A stretch of DNA of 64,000 bases from an uncultured Muribaculaceae bacterium (GCA_964369845.1 CAYJFJ010000002.1:8242-72241), one strand, 5' to 3'. Positions 43,498 through 53,686 are shown, counted from the stretch's first letter. Program-made: numbers and translations. Notes: generated from the sequence alone by a model not told the origin.

Positions 43498-44952
43498 AAA
43501 TATTTCATTTATTTTATTTTGTGTATAATTTGTAAATGCATTATCTTGCCAAATTTTTTTCATTTCTTCATTTAATATTTCACTACTTTTTTCTTCAACA
43601 GTTTCAATACTCACTAAATCATTATTTTTAAGTGTGTAATTAAGCGGAACTGGTTTAGCATTTACAAAAGCTTCTATCATCGAGTCTCCTACGTTTGTAT
43701 TTATTTTATATGCATAATCAATGGGAGTTGATCCTTTTGGAAGCTCTATAATATCTCCTTTTGGAGAGTATACATATACCTTACTTGAAAAAAGTTCGTT
43801 TTTAACTTGTTCTACAAAGTCCGCATCATGCTCTAACATATCATTCATTTCTGCAAGTGAGCTGAAAAATTGATATTTATTTCTTAAATCATTTTGCATA
43901 AATTTTCTTGCTTCTAGTTTATTGATATCCCAGTAAGAACATAAACCAAAATCTGCAATACTGTCCATTTCATAAGTTCTAATTTGTATTTGTATTAACT
44001 TATCATACGATATAAATACACTTGTATGAATTGATTGATACATATTTGTTTTAGGATTACTTATATAATCTTTAAACTTATGATTTATCGCCTTGAACTC
44101 TTCATGGATTAGACCTAATATTTTATAGCAATCATTTTTTTCATTTACTAATATTTTAATTGCAAATAATTCATTAGCTTTAGATATTTTATCTCCTTCT
44201 TGACTACGCTTAAACATTTCATAGACACTTTTTTCTTCAAGAGAAACTTTAAATTCTACATTGCTAGTTATTAATTTATTATTTATTTTATTAATAGTAT
44301 CACTTATTAATGTCTTGTTTCTATCTTCTATTATCTTTGACATTTTTTTATATTTATCATAAATTTCCTCTTCTAAATACATAAAAGATAAATTTTCTAG
44401 TTCTGTTTTCAATTTGTAAGCTCCAATATAAAAAGCAAGTGGTACAAATATTTCCATTGTTTCTAAAGATTTTTCTATTTGTTTTTCTCTACTTTTAAAC
44501 TGAAGAGTTCTTTGATTATGTACTCTATCTGCTAGCTTTATTATTATAATTCTTACATCATCTATTAAGCTTATTAATATTTTTCTTGTGTTAGCTAAAT
44601 CATTTTCTTCTTTAGTAGGAAGTTTTAATTTAGAAATTTTTGTAACGCCTTCAACTAAGTTAGCTATATCTTCATTAAAATCCTCTATAATTTCTTCTTT
44701 AGTTACGTCACAGTCTTCAAGTGTATCATGTAAAAGTGCTGCACATATTGTATCAGTATCTGCGTGCATTTGAGCTAGTATAAAAGCAACTTCAAGTGGA
44801 TGAGTAATATATGCATCTCCACTTTGTCTTACTTGTCCTTTATGTAAGTTTTCTGCAAAGTTATACGCTTTTTCTATTATAATTTTATCTTCTTTATTAT
44901 AATTACCTACTATTTTTATCAAGTTACTTAAATTTTTTTCCATAGTTATCAA
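43489..44952 (-). CDS. rel: Short RelA/SpoT-homologue: HD hydrolase + degenerate synthetase-like domain + TGS, lacking the C-terminal regulatory domains
   Basis: Hydrolase motifs RQSGDAYITHPLEVA and LLHDTLEDC. RelA_SpoT region YQSIHTSV. TGS domain VYVYSPKGDIIELPKGSTPIDYAY. Only 487 aa. Confidence 0.8.
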   Translation of the reverse strand: MITMEKNLSNLIKIVGNYNKEDKIIIEKAYNFAENLHKGQVRQSGDAYITHPLEVAFILAQMHADTDTICAALLHDTLEDCDVTKEEIIEDFNEDIANLVEGVTKISKLKLPTKEENDLANTRKILISLIDDVRIIIIKLADRVHNQRTLQFKSREKQIEKSLETMEIFVPLAFYIGAYKLKTELENLSFMYLEEEIYDKYKKMSKIIEDRNKTLISDTINKINNKLITSNVEFKVSLEEKSVYEMFKRSQEGDKISKANELFAIKILVNEKNDCYKILGLIHEEFKAINHKFKDYISNPKTNMYQSIHTSVFISYDKLIQIQIRTYEMDSIADFGLCSYWDINKLEARKFMQNDLRNKYQFFSSLAEMNDMLEHDADFVEQVKNELFSSKVYVYSPKGDIIELPKGSTPIDYAYKINTNVGDSMIEAFVNAKPVPLNYTLKNNDLVSIETVEEKSSEILNEEMKKIWQDNAFTNYTQNKINEIFKD

Positions 44953-45048
44953 CTTCCTTAAATTTAATTAAATATAACACTAATGTACATTAATTGTCAA
45001 TTTTTAAAATAAATTTTATTTATGATTTTTTTTTGGTATAATAACTAT

Positions 45049-46233
45049 ATGAAGAAATTGTTTATTTTATTATTAACCATAGTGTTAATATCCATACCAC
45101 TTACTACAATTGTGTATTTGAATTTTGAAAAAGAAACTCCAGTCAGTAATGATTATTTTACTCAAGAAGATAATTTAATATTTACTTATTATCAAGAAAT
45201 TTATTTAAAAGATTATATTTCTTTGAATGACTCTTATTTAATTGATGAAAAAATATTAATTGATACTTCCAAACTTGGTGAAAGTATATTTGAATTTAAT
45301 TATATTTACGAGGACAAAGAATATATCGGTCAGTTTAAATACTTTGTTATTGATGATACTGCTCCGCTTGTAATAAACTCTACTAATTATACTATTGAGA
45401 AAGGTAGTGAATTTTCTTATCAAAATATATTTTGCGCAGATAACTATGATAAAAGACCAATATGTGAAGTAACTGGTACATATGATATTAATACTCCTGG
45501 AGTTTATAATTTAACATTTGTAGCTACTGATTCAAGTAATAATGTTACTGAAAAAAATATTACTTTAACTGTTAAAGAAGAAATCATACCTAGCACTTCT
45601 ACTTATGAACCTACTCCTATTTATATCGAAGATATTATTGAAAAACATAAAACTGAGTCAACAAAGATCGGTGTTGATGTTTCTAAATGGCAAGAAGAAA
45701 TTGACTGGGAAATGCTAAAGGATTCTGGTGTTGAATTTGCTATCATCCGAATTGGGTATGGCTGGGAAGAAAATAAATTAGATGAGTATTTTTGGACTCA
45801 CTTTAACGGAGCAAAAAATGCTGGTCTTGATGTTGGAGTTTACTTTTATAGTTATGCTGATAGTGTTGATGAAGCCATTATGCAAGCAAACTGGGTTGTT
45901 GATACTTTAGATGGAGCTAAACTTGATTTACCAATTTCTTATGACTGGGAAGAATGGAGTAAATTTAATACTTATAATATAAGCTTAACTGAACTTAATT
46001 TAATGGCTGCATCTTTCATCGATACCGTTGAAAAGCATGGTTATATTGGTATGAATTATGGTAGCGCATCATATCTTAAAAATATTTGGACTCTTAATGA
46101 TAATCTTACTTGGCTTGCTCATTATACTAGCCAAACAAATTATGAAAATGACTATTATATTTGGCAATTAACCCACTATGGAAAAGTTCCAGGATATGAT
46201 GGCTTCATTGATTTAAATGTACTTTATGAATAA
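45049..46233 (+). CDS. Membrane-anchored GH25 muramidase (lysozyme) with an Ig-like (DUF5011-type) domain
   Basis: GH25 signature IGVDVSKWQEEIDWEMLKDSGVEFAIIRIGYG. Ig-like segment DDTAPLV...YNLTFVATDSSNNVTEKNITLTV. TM LFILLLTIVLISIPLTTIV. I prefer the ATG at 45049; 45022 is the alternative. Confidence 0.75.
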   Translation: MKKLFILLLTIVLISIPLTTIVYLNFEKETPVSNDYFTQEDNLIFTYYQEIYLKDYISLNDSYLIDEKILIDTSKLGESIFEFNYIYEDKEYIGQFKYFVIDDTAPLVINSTNYTIEKGSEFSYQNIFCADNYDKRPICEVTGTYDINTPGVYNLTFVATDSSNNVTEKNITLTVKEEIIPSTSTYEPTPIYIEDIIEKHKTESTKIGVDVSKWQEEIDWEMLKDSGVEFAIIRIGYGWEENKLDEYFWTHFNGAKNAGLDVGVYFYSYADSVDEAIMQANWVVDTLDGAKLDLPISYDWEEWSKFNTYNISLTELNLMAASFIDTVEKHGYIGMNYGSASYLKNIWTLNDNLTWLAHYTSQTNYENDYYIWQLTHYGKVPGYDGFIDLNVLYE

Positions 46234-46241
46234 AGTACTTT

Positions 46242-46652
46242 TTATTTGATTATATATTTATTTTCTAATAAATATTTTTTTATTTTGGGATACAATGGTT
46301 TAAAAGAATCAAAGTTGTAATACTTTATTAATTCATCTAGTGTTACATATTTATATTCTAGTATTTCTGATGGCTGCACTATTATATCTGTCGTAAGTTG
46401 TTTAAATATATAATATATTACTTCTTTATCTATTTTTTTATCTATTATATAGTTTTCTTTAAATACTTTTTCATCTAATAAGCTTACTTCTAAATTAGTT
46501 TCCTCCTTTATTTCTCTATAAGCAGTTTCTAAATCTGTTTCCCCTTTTTCTTTATGACCTTTTGGAAAGCTATAACACTCATTTCTTTGTTTTACTATTA
46601 ATATTTTATTATCGTGGATTATAATTCCTCCACAAGATACTTCTTTTTTCAT
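46242..46652 (-). CDS. Nudix hydrolase
   Basis: Nudix box PKGHKEKGETDLETAYREIKEETN. Overlaps the upstream gene by 4 nt. Confidence 0.8.
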   Translation of the reverse strand: MKKEVSCGGIIIHDNKILIVKQRNECYSFPKGHKEKGETDLETAYREIKEETNLEVSLLDEKVFKENYIIDKKIDKEVIYYIFKQLTTDIIVQPSEILEYKYVTLDELIKYYNFDSFKPLYPKIKKYLLENKYIIK

Positions 46653-47134
46653 TTATTTAACCTTTCTAAAATTTTATATTTTATTTCTTTATTATTTACA
46701 AAATAACTACCTTCATAACCTATTTTTTTGTGATATATATTTTTTCCGAGCTCACTATTTAAAGTTATTTCTTCTTCTGTTTCACTAATATATTTACCTG
46801 TAAGTTTTATAACAATTGTCTCTTGATCATTTTCACTAAAAATAAGTAATATTTTTATAAAATCATTTATGTTAACAACACTTTTTTTATACTCATCAGT
46901 TATTAAAACTATATCTTTTTTTAAATTATTTATTTTTTTTAATTCATCTAAATATATTCTTTCTTGCCTCGCTGCATCTTCTGCTGCAAAATTATCATGC
47001 CATCCATCTCCAGGTGCATCTTGCATTGCATCAGCTTTAATTTTATTATTCAAATTTATTTTTTCATAAATTTTTAATTTAATATCTTCAAACTGTTTTA
47101 TTCCATAGCTATCTAGCAGTATTTTTTCAGTCAT
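46649..47134 (-). CDS. GreA/GreB-like factor with atypical coiled-coil tip
   Basis: DAPGDGWHDNFAAEDAARQERIYLDEL parallels the GreA tip region GDLSENAEYxAAKxxQ. C-terminal ITLNSELGKNIYHKKIGYEGSYFV..IKYKILE parallels the GreA C-domain. Overlaps the helD stop by 8 nt. Confidence 0.5.
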   Translation of the reverse strand: MTEKILLDSYGIKQFEDIKLKIYEKINLNNKIKADAMQDAPGDGWHDNFAAEDAARQERIYLDELKKINNLKKDIVLITDEYKKSVVNINDFIKILLIFSENDQETIVIKLTGKYISETEEEITLNSELGKNIYHKKIGYEGSYFVNNKEIKYKILERLNK

Positions 47135-49214
47135 TTTTAACCTCTAAAAAGGATGCTACATTATCTTTATATAATATATCTAAATTATGATGTGCTCTTG
47201 TCATAGCTACATATAAAAGTAATAAATCTATTTTACTTTCTTCTTTGTACTTTGATAAATCAGAAATTATTACGCTGTCAAATTCTAACCCTTTTGATAA
47301 ATAACTTGGTATTATCAAAATATTTTCATTGTATTCATTTTGTAAATCTGTTACCACTTTTGCATCTACTTCACTTTCTTTTAGTAACTCATAAATGCTT
47401 ATACTTTCCTTTTCGTCTTTAGTTATTATGGCTATTGTTTTGTGTTTTTTTTCTAAGTTATTTTTTACTAAAGTTATAAGATTTTCTTTCAAGTTATTTA
47501 TTTTTATATACTTAACTTCATCTCCATGCCTTATTACTGGCTGTGCTTCATATAACTTTAAATATCTTGTTATTTTATTTGCTTCTAACATGATTTCTTT
47601 TGTTGTACGATAACTTTTCTGTAATTTTTTTAAATCACAGTTTTCAAACACGTTATTTAAAATATATTCCCAGTTTTCAATAGATTTATAACTATATATG
47701 CCTTGTGATAAATCCCCAAAAATACTAAACGTACTTTTTGACAATGTCTTTTTAAGTGCATAAAAACTAAAGTCACCATAATCTTGTGCCTCATCGACAA
47801 CAGTATGTTTATATTTTTCATAATTTCCTGAACCAAAAAGTTTATAATTAAAATATAAAAGCGCTGGTAAATCTTCTGCTTCTACTTCTTTTTTCTTCAA
47901 ATGTTTAATTATACTTTTCACTTCTTCTGTTTCATATGTCTTTTCTAAAAAATCAATATATAACTTCAAAATCTTTTGATTTGCACCTTTGTAATACTTC
48001 TTTATATGCATCACTACTTTTGTTTTCAATTCTTTTTCTACTAGAAGTAACTCTTGCTTAGTTTTCTCATTTTCTTCTTTTAAATAAAAATTATTTCTTA
48101 TCTCCATTAATATTCTTATTTGATTATCATTAATATACTTTATAGTTCTTGCTATAACTTTTTCTATTTTTTTACTATAAATGTCTTGATCATTTACTTC
48201 ATTATAAATATTTATCATTTTTTGTTTTGAAATTATTTGATAACCTTTAATTTCTAAATTTCCTTTTGGAAGTAAATCTTCTTTAAATTTATCAATATAT
48301 TTATCTATATCTATTTTATATTTCATTGAATTTCGATAAAAATTAAAGTTGTTAATATTAAATTCACTAATATATTTACTTAAGTTTTTTTCATCACTTA
48401 ATAAAATCAATTTTTCATCTAGCAAATCTTTAACTAAATCAAAGTATGTTAATTGTTTTACTTCAGGAGAATCTAAATCAGGTAAAATATTTGATATGTA
48501 GTTAACAAAAAAATTATTTGGACCAATAACTAAGTATTCATCTGGTTTTATTTTTTCAATATTATTATAAATTAAATATGCTACCCTATGAAGTGCTACA
48601 GTTGTTTTTCCTGATCCTGCTACTCCTTGCACAACTATATTTTTATTGATGCTTTGCCTTATAATTTCATTTTGCTCTGCTTGTATTGTAGAAACTATAT
48701 TTTTAAGTCTGTTATCAGCATTTGTATTTAGATACGGCTTTAACATTTCATCATTTGCAACTGTATCTATATCTTGATAATTTTTTAAATTTCCTTCTTC
48801 AATTTCAAATTGTCTTTTTAATTTTAAGTTACCCTTTATAACTCCTGATGGTGCTTCGTATGATGAATCTCCTACATTTGAATCATAATAAACTGCTGCA
48901 ATTGGAGCTCTCCAATCTACTGTAATTATTTTGTTTTCATCATTTGATACTCCGACTTTTCCTATATAACATATTTCTTTTTTTCCATCTTCGGCTACGA
49001 AATCTATTCTTGCAAAATATGGTTTTTCTAAATTATTAGTCATTAGTTTCAGTTTATGATTAGCTCTATATAATAAATCTGCTAACTGAAAAGGATTGTC
49101 TTTAATCATACTTGGTAAATTATCAATTCTTTTTTTTGTATGATTTAGCATCTGTCTAAATTCTGTTTTCGTATTATTTAAATGTAATACTTCTTCTTCA
49201 AAGTTTTTTTTCAC
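47127..49214 (-). CDS. helD: HelD-type (helicase IV-like, UvrD superfamily) RNA polymerase-recycling ATPase
   Basis: VVQGVAGSGKTTVALHRVAYLIY Walker A, DEAQDY, YRTTKEI and GLEFDSVII motifs. The N-terminal ~150 aa is typical of HelD. Confidence 0.8.
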   Translation of the reverse strand: MKKNFEEEVLHLNNTKTEFRQMLNHTKKRIDNLPSMIKDNPFQLADLLYRANHKLKLMTNNLEKPYFARIDFVAEDGKKEICYIGKVGVSNDENKIITVDWRAPIAAVYYDSNVGDSSYEAPSGVIKGNLKLKRQFEIEEGNLKNYQDIDTVANDEMLKPYLNTNADNRLKNIVSTIQAEQNEIIRQSINKNIVVQGVAGSGKTTVALHRVAYLIYNNIEKIKPDEYLVIGPNNFFVNYISNILPDLDSPEVKQLTYFDLVKDLLDEKLILLSDEKNLSKYISEFNINNFNFYRNSMKYKIDIDKYIDKFKEDLLPKGNLEIKGYQIISKQKMINIYNEVNDQDIYSKKIEKVIARTIKYINDNQIRILMEIRNNFYLKEENEKTKQELLLVEKELKTKVVMHIKKYYKGANQKILKLYIDFLEKTYETEEVKSIIKHLKKKEVEAEDLPALLYFNYKLFGSGNYEKYKHTVVDEAQDYGDFSFYALKKTLSKSTFSIFGDLSQGIYSYKSIENWEYILNNVFENCDLKKLQKSYRTTKEIMLEANKITRYLKLYEAQPVIRHGDEVKYIKINNLKENLITLVKNNLEKKHKTIAIITKDEKESISIYELLKESEVDAKVVTDLQNEYNENILIIPSYLSKGLEFDSVIISDLSKYKEESKIDLLLLYVAMTRAHHNLDILYKDNVASFLEVKND

Positions 49215-49334
49215 TATAAAACACCTCCAATAAAAACTTTATAGAGATCTTTTTAGCCTAAGTAAAAAATCAGCTAGTTAAATAATATCATAGCTTTTTA
49301 TGAATAACAATACTTTTACAAAAAAAAATTAAAG

Positions 49335-49634
49335 CTAATCTACTTTAATTTTCACTCCATTTACTTCTTTGTAAGTTCTGTTTTCATTTATTTTCAACTT
49401 TTCATTTATTGCTTTTTCTAAATCAATATTTAAATATTCACATATACCTAACATATATAGTGCAACATCTGCAAATTCTGATGGCAAATCTTCCTTATTT
49501 TTTCTGTAAGCGTCGTACGCTTCACCAACTTCACCATATAACAAACAAAATTCTTTTTCTATATTTCCTAAACTAAAACCTTTGTTTTTTTTGTTTTCTA
49601 TAACTTTTTTTCCTACTAAATTTAAATCTATCAT
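49335..49634 (-). CDS. MazG-like nucleotide pyrophosphohydrolase domain protein
   Basis: 99 aa four-helix pattern LLYGEVGEAYDAYRK...EFADVALYMLGI. Overlaps the trpS stop by 4 nt. Confidence 0.6.
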   Translation of the reverse strand: MIDLNLVGKKVIENKKNKGFSLGNIEKEFCLLYGEVGEAYDAYRKNKEDLPSEFADVALYMLGICEYLNIDLEKAINEKLKINENRTYKEVNGVKIKVD

Positions 49635-50611
49635 CTACTAAGCCCCATTCTTTCTTTCATTAATTCATATTTAGCTTTTGCAATTTTTCTAGTTTCTTCT
49701 TTTCCTTTATCAAGTATTTTATTTAAAGCATCACTTTCTATGTAGTGTTTATATTTTTCTTGAATTTCTGATAATTCATTTACAACAATATCAGCGACAT
49801 ATTTTTTAAAGTCTCCATAACCTTTTCCTGCAAATTCGTTTTCTACTTCTTCTATCTTTTTATCAGTTAAAGATACCACTATATTTATTAGGTTTGATAT
49901 ACCAGGCTTATTTTCCATATCAAATTTAACTATAGATTCACTATCAGTAGTTGCACTCATTATTTTCTTTCTAGCAACTAATACATCATCTAGTATACTT
50001 ATATAAGTTTTAGGATTATCACTTGATTTACTCATTTTTTTTGTAGGGTCTACTAAATCCATAATCTTAGTTCCACTTTTTGAAATTAAAACATCTGGCA
50101 CTTTAAATGTATCTCCATATTTTTTATTAAATTTTTCTGCTGTGTTTCTTGCAAGTTCAACATGCTGTTTTTGATCGATTCCAACTGGAACATAATCTAC
50201 ATCATATATTAAAATATCAGCTGCCATTAATACAGGATAAGTAAAAAGTCCTGCTGTAAATGATACATTTTTAGCTGATTTATCTTTGAACTGTGTCATT
50301 CTTGATAATTCTCCGTATGGAGTACTGCACTCTAATAACCATGATACGTTAGTATGATATTCATTATCTGATTGCATAAATATAACATTTCTATCTGGAT
50401 TTATCCCGCATGCTAAGTATAGTGCTGCTAACTCTTTAATTTTTTTTGTTAAACTTTCACTATCTTGCGGAACTGTTATTGCATGTAAATCTGCTATGAA
50501 AATTTTTGAATCATAATTTTCTTGAAGTTTAATCATTTGTTTAATTGATCCAATATAATTACCTAGCGTTATAGTTCCTGATGGCTGAATTCCTGTTATA
50601 ATTTTTTTCAT
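49631..50611 (-). CDS. trpS: Tryptophanyl-tRNA synthetase
   Basis: GIQPSGTITLGNYIG, KMSKS (KKMSKSS), 326 aa. Confidence 0.93.
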   Translation of the reverse strand: MKKIITGIQPSGTITLGNYIGSIKQMIKLQENYDSKIFIADLHAITVPQDSESLTKKIKELAALYLACGINPDRNVIFMQSDNEYHTNVSWLLECSTPYGELSRMTQFKDKSAKNVSFTAGLFTYPVLMAADILIYDVDYVPVGIDQKQHVELARNTAEKFNKKYGDTFKVPDVLISKSGTKIMDLVDPTKKMSKSSDNPKTYISILDDVLVARKKIMSATTDSESIVKFDMENKPGISNLINIVVSLTDKKIEEVENEFAGKGYGDFKKYVADIVVNELSEIQEKYKHYIESDALNKILDKGKEETRKIAKAKYELMKERMGLSR

Positions 50612-50684
50612 AGTATATCTCCCTTACATTTAATAAAAGTTTATCATAGTACTTACTTACTGTCAAATAATCTTATATTATTCA

Positions 50685-50710
50685 ATAAAAAAAGACGCTA
50701 ATGCATCTTT
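50685..50710 (-). terminator. Terminator after mraY
   Basis: Minus-sense AAAGAUGC-AUUA-GCGUCUUU (one G-U pair) followed by UUUUUAUUG. Confidence 0.6.
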
Positions 50711-51701
50711 ATAACCATACTCCATAAGTAATTGCTATCATAGCAAGTATTAAACCTACTACTAAAAACAATTTAATTATATCAGCTTCTTCCCACCCTA
50801 TTTCTTCAAAGTGATGATGAAGTGGTGCTTTTTTAAATATCTTTTTATTGAATTTTCTTATTGCTATTATTTGAATTAAACTCGATGCTGTTACTATTAC
50901 AAATACTCCACCAATTAATAATAAAGAAAATTCGTGTTTAGTAATTATCGCTATAGTTGCAAGAGCTCCACCAAGTGCAAGAGAACCTAAATCTCCCATA
51001 AATACTTTTGCTGGATGTGAGTTAAATACTAAGAAGCCCATTAATGAACCTACTAGTACGAAACAAAATATTGCTATCTCTTCATAACCTTCTAGCCATC
51101 CACAGTTCCATGCGATTATTCCGTAAGCTAAGAATGATATTAAAGATAATCCTCCAGCTAATCCATCTAGTCCATCTGTAATGTTTACTGCATTAGATGT
51201 GGCTAGCAACATTAATAAAATAAAAATACCAAATAACCAGTATAGTGGTAATGTTACATTTATAAATGATATTGTAAGTACTGCTTCTCCTCCACCTTTT
51301 AAATATAAATAGAAGAAAACTAATGCTATTGCCATTTGAAATAAAAATTTAGTTACTAGAGGTAATCCATCATTATTTTTCTTATACACTTTTAAATAAT
51401 CGTCTACAAAGCCTAAGGTTGCGTATGCTAAAAATACAAATATTAATATTCCTAAATTATAACTAAAATCCATACTTCCTCTAAAATAAAGTATTGCTAG
51501 TGAAACTATAACAGGAATTATAAATATTAATCCTCCCATTGTAGGAGTTCCTTTTTTACTTTGATGTCTTACATGTATTAAATCACTTACGAACTGACCA
51601 ATATTCTTTTTTCTAAGTAATGGTATTAAAATTATACCGCATATGATTGATAATATAAAACCGAGCATCATAGCCATAGCTGCTTTTGCAAGTATTAACA
51701 T
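50709..51701 (-). CDS. mraY: Phospho-N-acetylmuramoyl-pentapeptide transferase
   Basis: 330 aa polytopic protein with KKGTPTMGG, NAVNITDGLDGLA and FMGDLGSLALGG motifs. Confidence 0.93.
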   Translation of the reverse strand: MLILAKAAMAMMLGFILSIICGIILIPLLRKKNIGQFVSDLIHVRHQSKKGTPTMGGLIFIIPVIVSLAILYFRGSMDFSYNLGILIFVFLAYATLGFVDDYLKVYKKNNDGLPLVTKFLFQMAIALVFFYLYLKGGGEAVLTISFINVTLPLYWLFGIFILLMLLATSNAVNITDGLDGLAGGLSLISFLAYGIIAWNCGWLEGYEEIAIFCFVLVGSLMGFLVFNSHPAKVFMGDLGSLALGGALATIAIITKHEFSLLLIGGVFVIVTASSLIQIIAIRKFNKKIFKKAPLHHHFEEIGWEEADIIKLFLVVGLILAMIAITYGVWL

Positions 51702-51781
51702 ACGCCACCTCTTTCAATAAATATTATACTATAAATTTAGTTAAAAAAGCATCTTATTTTATATATTTTACTAAATTTACA

Positions 51782-53686
51782 TTAATTTAACTGTAATAAA
51801 ACTGTACCTTTTTCCTTCACATAAGTTCCACACTCTGGACTTTGATAAAATACTTCATTACCTTCACCAGAAAATTCTACCGTAAAATTTTTTAAGTTAT
51901 TTACCGCATCTTCATATGATAATCCTTCAACACATGGAGTTGATAAGTATTTTGTATCAAGCCATGTATATTCTCTTGGAATTACATCTGTGCTTGCTTC
52001 ATAACCATATAAATCTATTGCTGTTGAAAAGATATTTTTAGCTACTGGAGCTGCGACTGTTCCTCCATACTGCACTACATTTTTAGGACTATCTACTGCA
52101 ACATATACTACTATTTCCGGATTATCTGCTGGCATAAAACCAATAAATGATAATATGTACTCTGTAGCTGAATATGCGCCGTCCACTACTTTTTGTGCTG
52201 TTCCAGTTTTCCCTCCTATTTTGTAGTTTTCTATATAAGCATTTTTTCCTGTACCATTTGCTACTACACTTTCTAAAGCAAATCTTACTAGTTCGCTTGT
52301 TTCTTCACTTACTACACTGTGCTGCATAACAGGCTCCATTAATTGAATTAAAGCATTTGTTTCACTTTCAAGAAGTGATCCTACTATGTAAGGTGTGTAT
52401 AAATAACCACCGTTTATTGCTGCACTTACTGCATTTACTTGCTGCACTGCCGTTACTGATACACCTTGTCCAAATGCTGTTGTTGCTGTTTCTACTGGTC
52501 CCATTTTTTCTATATCAAATAATATACCTGAAGATTCTCCGTTTAAATCTATACCTGTTTTTTCACCAAAACCAAATAATTCAATATATTCCATTAACGT
52601 CTCTGTACCAAGTCTGTTTCCCATCTCTACAAATCCAGGATTGCATGAATTTTCTACTACTTCTAGAAATGATTGATCGCCATGACCTCCACTTTTCCAG
52701 CAGTGAAGTGTAGATCCTTCTACATTAATACTTCCTGAATCAAAATATCTATCTTCAAATAAATTTATTACTTCTTCTTCAAGCGCTGAGGCAAGCGTCG
52801 AGATTTTGAAGGTAGAACCAGGTTCGAATGTAGCCCAAATTGGCAAATTACGATTAATAACTTCCAGTGAATACTCATTATAATTATTAGAATCAAATGT
52901 AGGTCTTGAACTCATAGCTAGCACTTCTCCAGTATTTGGATTCATTGCCATAATCATTGCTGATGCTGGATCATACATTTCTACTATTTTATCTAACTCA
53001 TTTTCAACAGCTAACTGTAAATCTAAATCTATAGTTAACTGCACCGTAATTCCATTTACAGGCTCTTCATATATTTCTGCAAGTTCTAATTTATTTCCTT
53101 TACCATCCGAAAAATACTTTATTGATCCTGATTTTCCTGTTAAATACTCATCATAATATAACTCTATACCTGATAATCCTTGATTATCTATACCAACATA
53201 CCCTAAAACATGTGATAATAAATCTTCATATGGATAATATCTTTTAGATTCTTTTAATAAATAAACTCCATCAATATTTAAATTATTTATTTCTTCTGCA
53301 AGTTCATAACTTAAATTTCTTCCTTCTGGATGTACTCTTTCTATCGATACGTTTTTATTAAAGTGCTCTAATAAGTTTTCATAATCCACATTTATTATTT
53401 CTGATATTTTTTTAGCCGCATCTTCTTTATTTTCTACTTGATTTGGTACTATAACTAAGGATGTAGTTGTAATATTATCAGCTAAAACTTCACCATCTCT
53501 ATCTAAAATCAAACCTCTATCAGCTGAAACTGGTAAATTTCTACTCCATAAATTTTCTGCTAAAGTATTTAATTTATCATATGAGAAAACTTGTATATAA
53601 AATACTCTGGCTATAATAATAATTAGCGAAATTACTATTACTATAAATACAAAACGAATTCTAACATGCACATTATTTAAAAACAT
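51782..53686 (-). CDS. Class B penicillin-binding protein (PBP2B/FtsI/SpoVD-type) with one C-terminal PASTA domain
   Basis: N-terminal TM, then motifs STFK, SCN and KTGT. A PASTA-like segment lies at the C-terminus. Confidence 0.88.
   Translation of the reverse strand: MFLNNVHVRIRFVFIVIVISLIIIIARVFYIQVFSYDKLNTLAENLWSRNLPVSADRGLILDRDGEVLADNITTTSLVIVPNQVENKEDAAKKISEIINVDYENLLEHFNKNVSIERVHPEGRNLSYELAEEINNLNIDGVYLLKESKRYYPYEDLLSHVLGYVGIDNQGLSGIELYYDEYLTGKSGSIKYFSDGKGNKLELAEIYEEPVNGITVQLTIDLDLQLAVENELDKIVEMYDPASAMIMAMNPNTGEVLAMSSRPTFDSNNYNEYSLEVINRNLPIWATFEPGSTFKISTLASALEEEVINLFEDRYFDSGSINVEGSTLHCWKSGGHGDQSFLEVVENSCNPGFVEMGNRLGTETLMEYIELFGFGEKTGIDLNGESSGILFDIEKMGPVETATTAFGQGVSVTAVQQVNAVSAAINGGYLYTPYIVGSLLESETNALIQLMEPVMQHSVVSEETSELVRFALESVVANGTGKNAYIENYKIGGKTGTAQKVVDGAYSATEYILSFIGFMPADNPEIVVYVAVDSPKNVVQYGGTVAAPVAKNIFSTAIDLYGYEASTDVIPREYTWLDTKYLSTPCVEGLSYEDAVNNLKNFTVEFSGEGNEVFYQSPECGTYVKEKGTVLLQLN

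Noticed and set aside
50612-50708. Looked for T-box leaders upstream of trpS, and of lysS at 18142-18243, as is common in Firmicutes.
   Set aside because: Both intergenic regions are ~100 nt and are occupied by the upstream gene's terminator. No GGUGGUACCGCG-like core is present.
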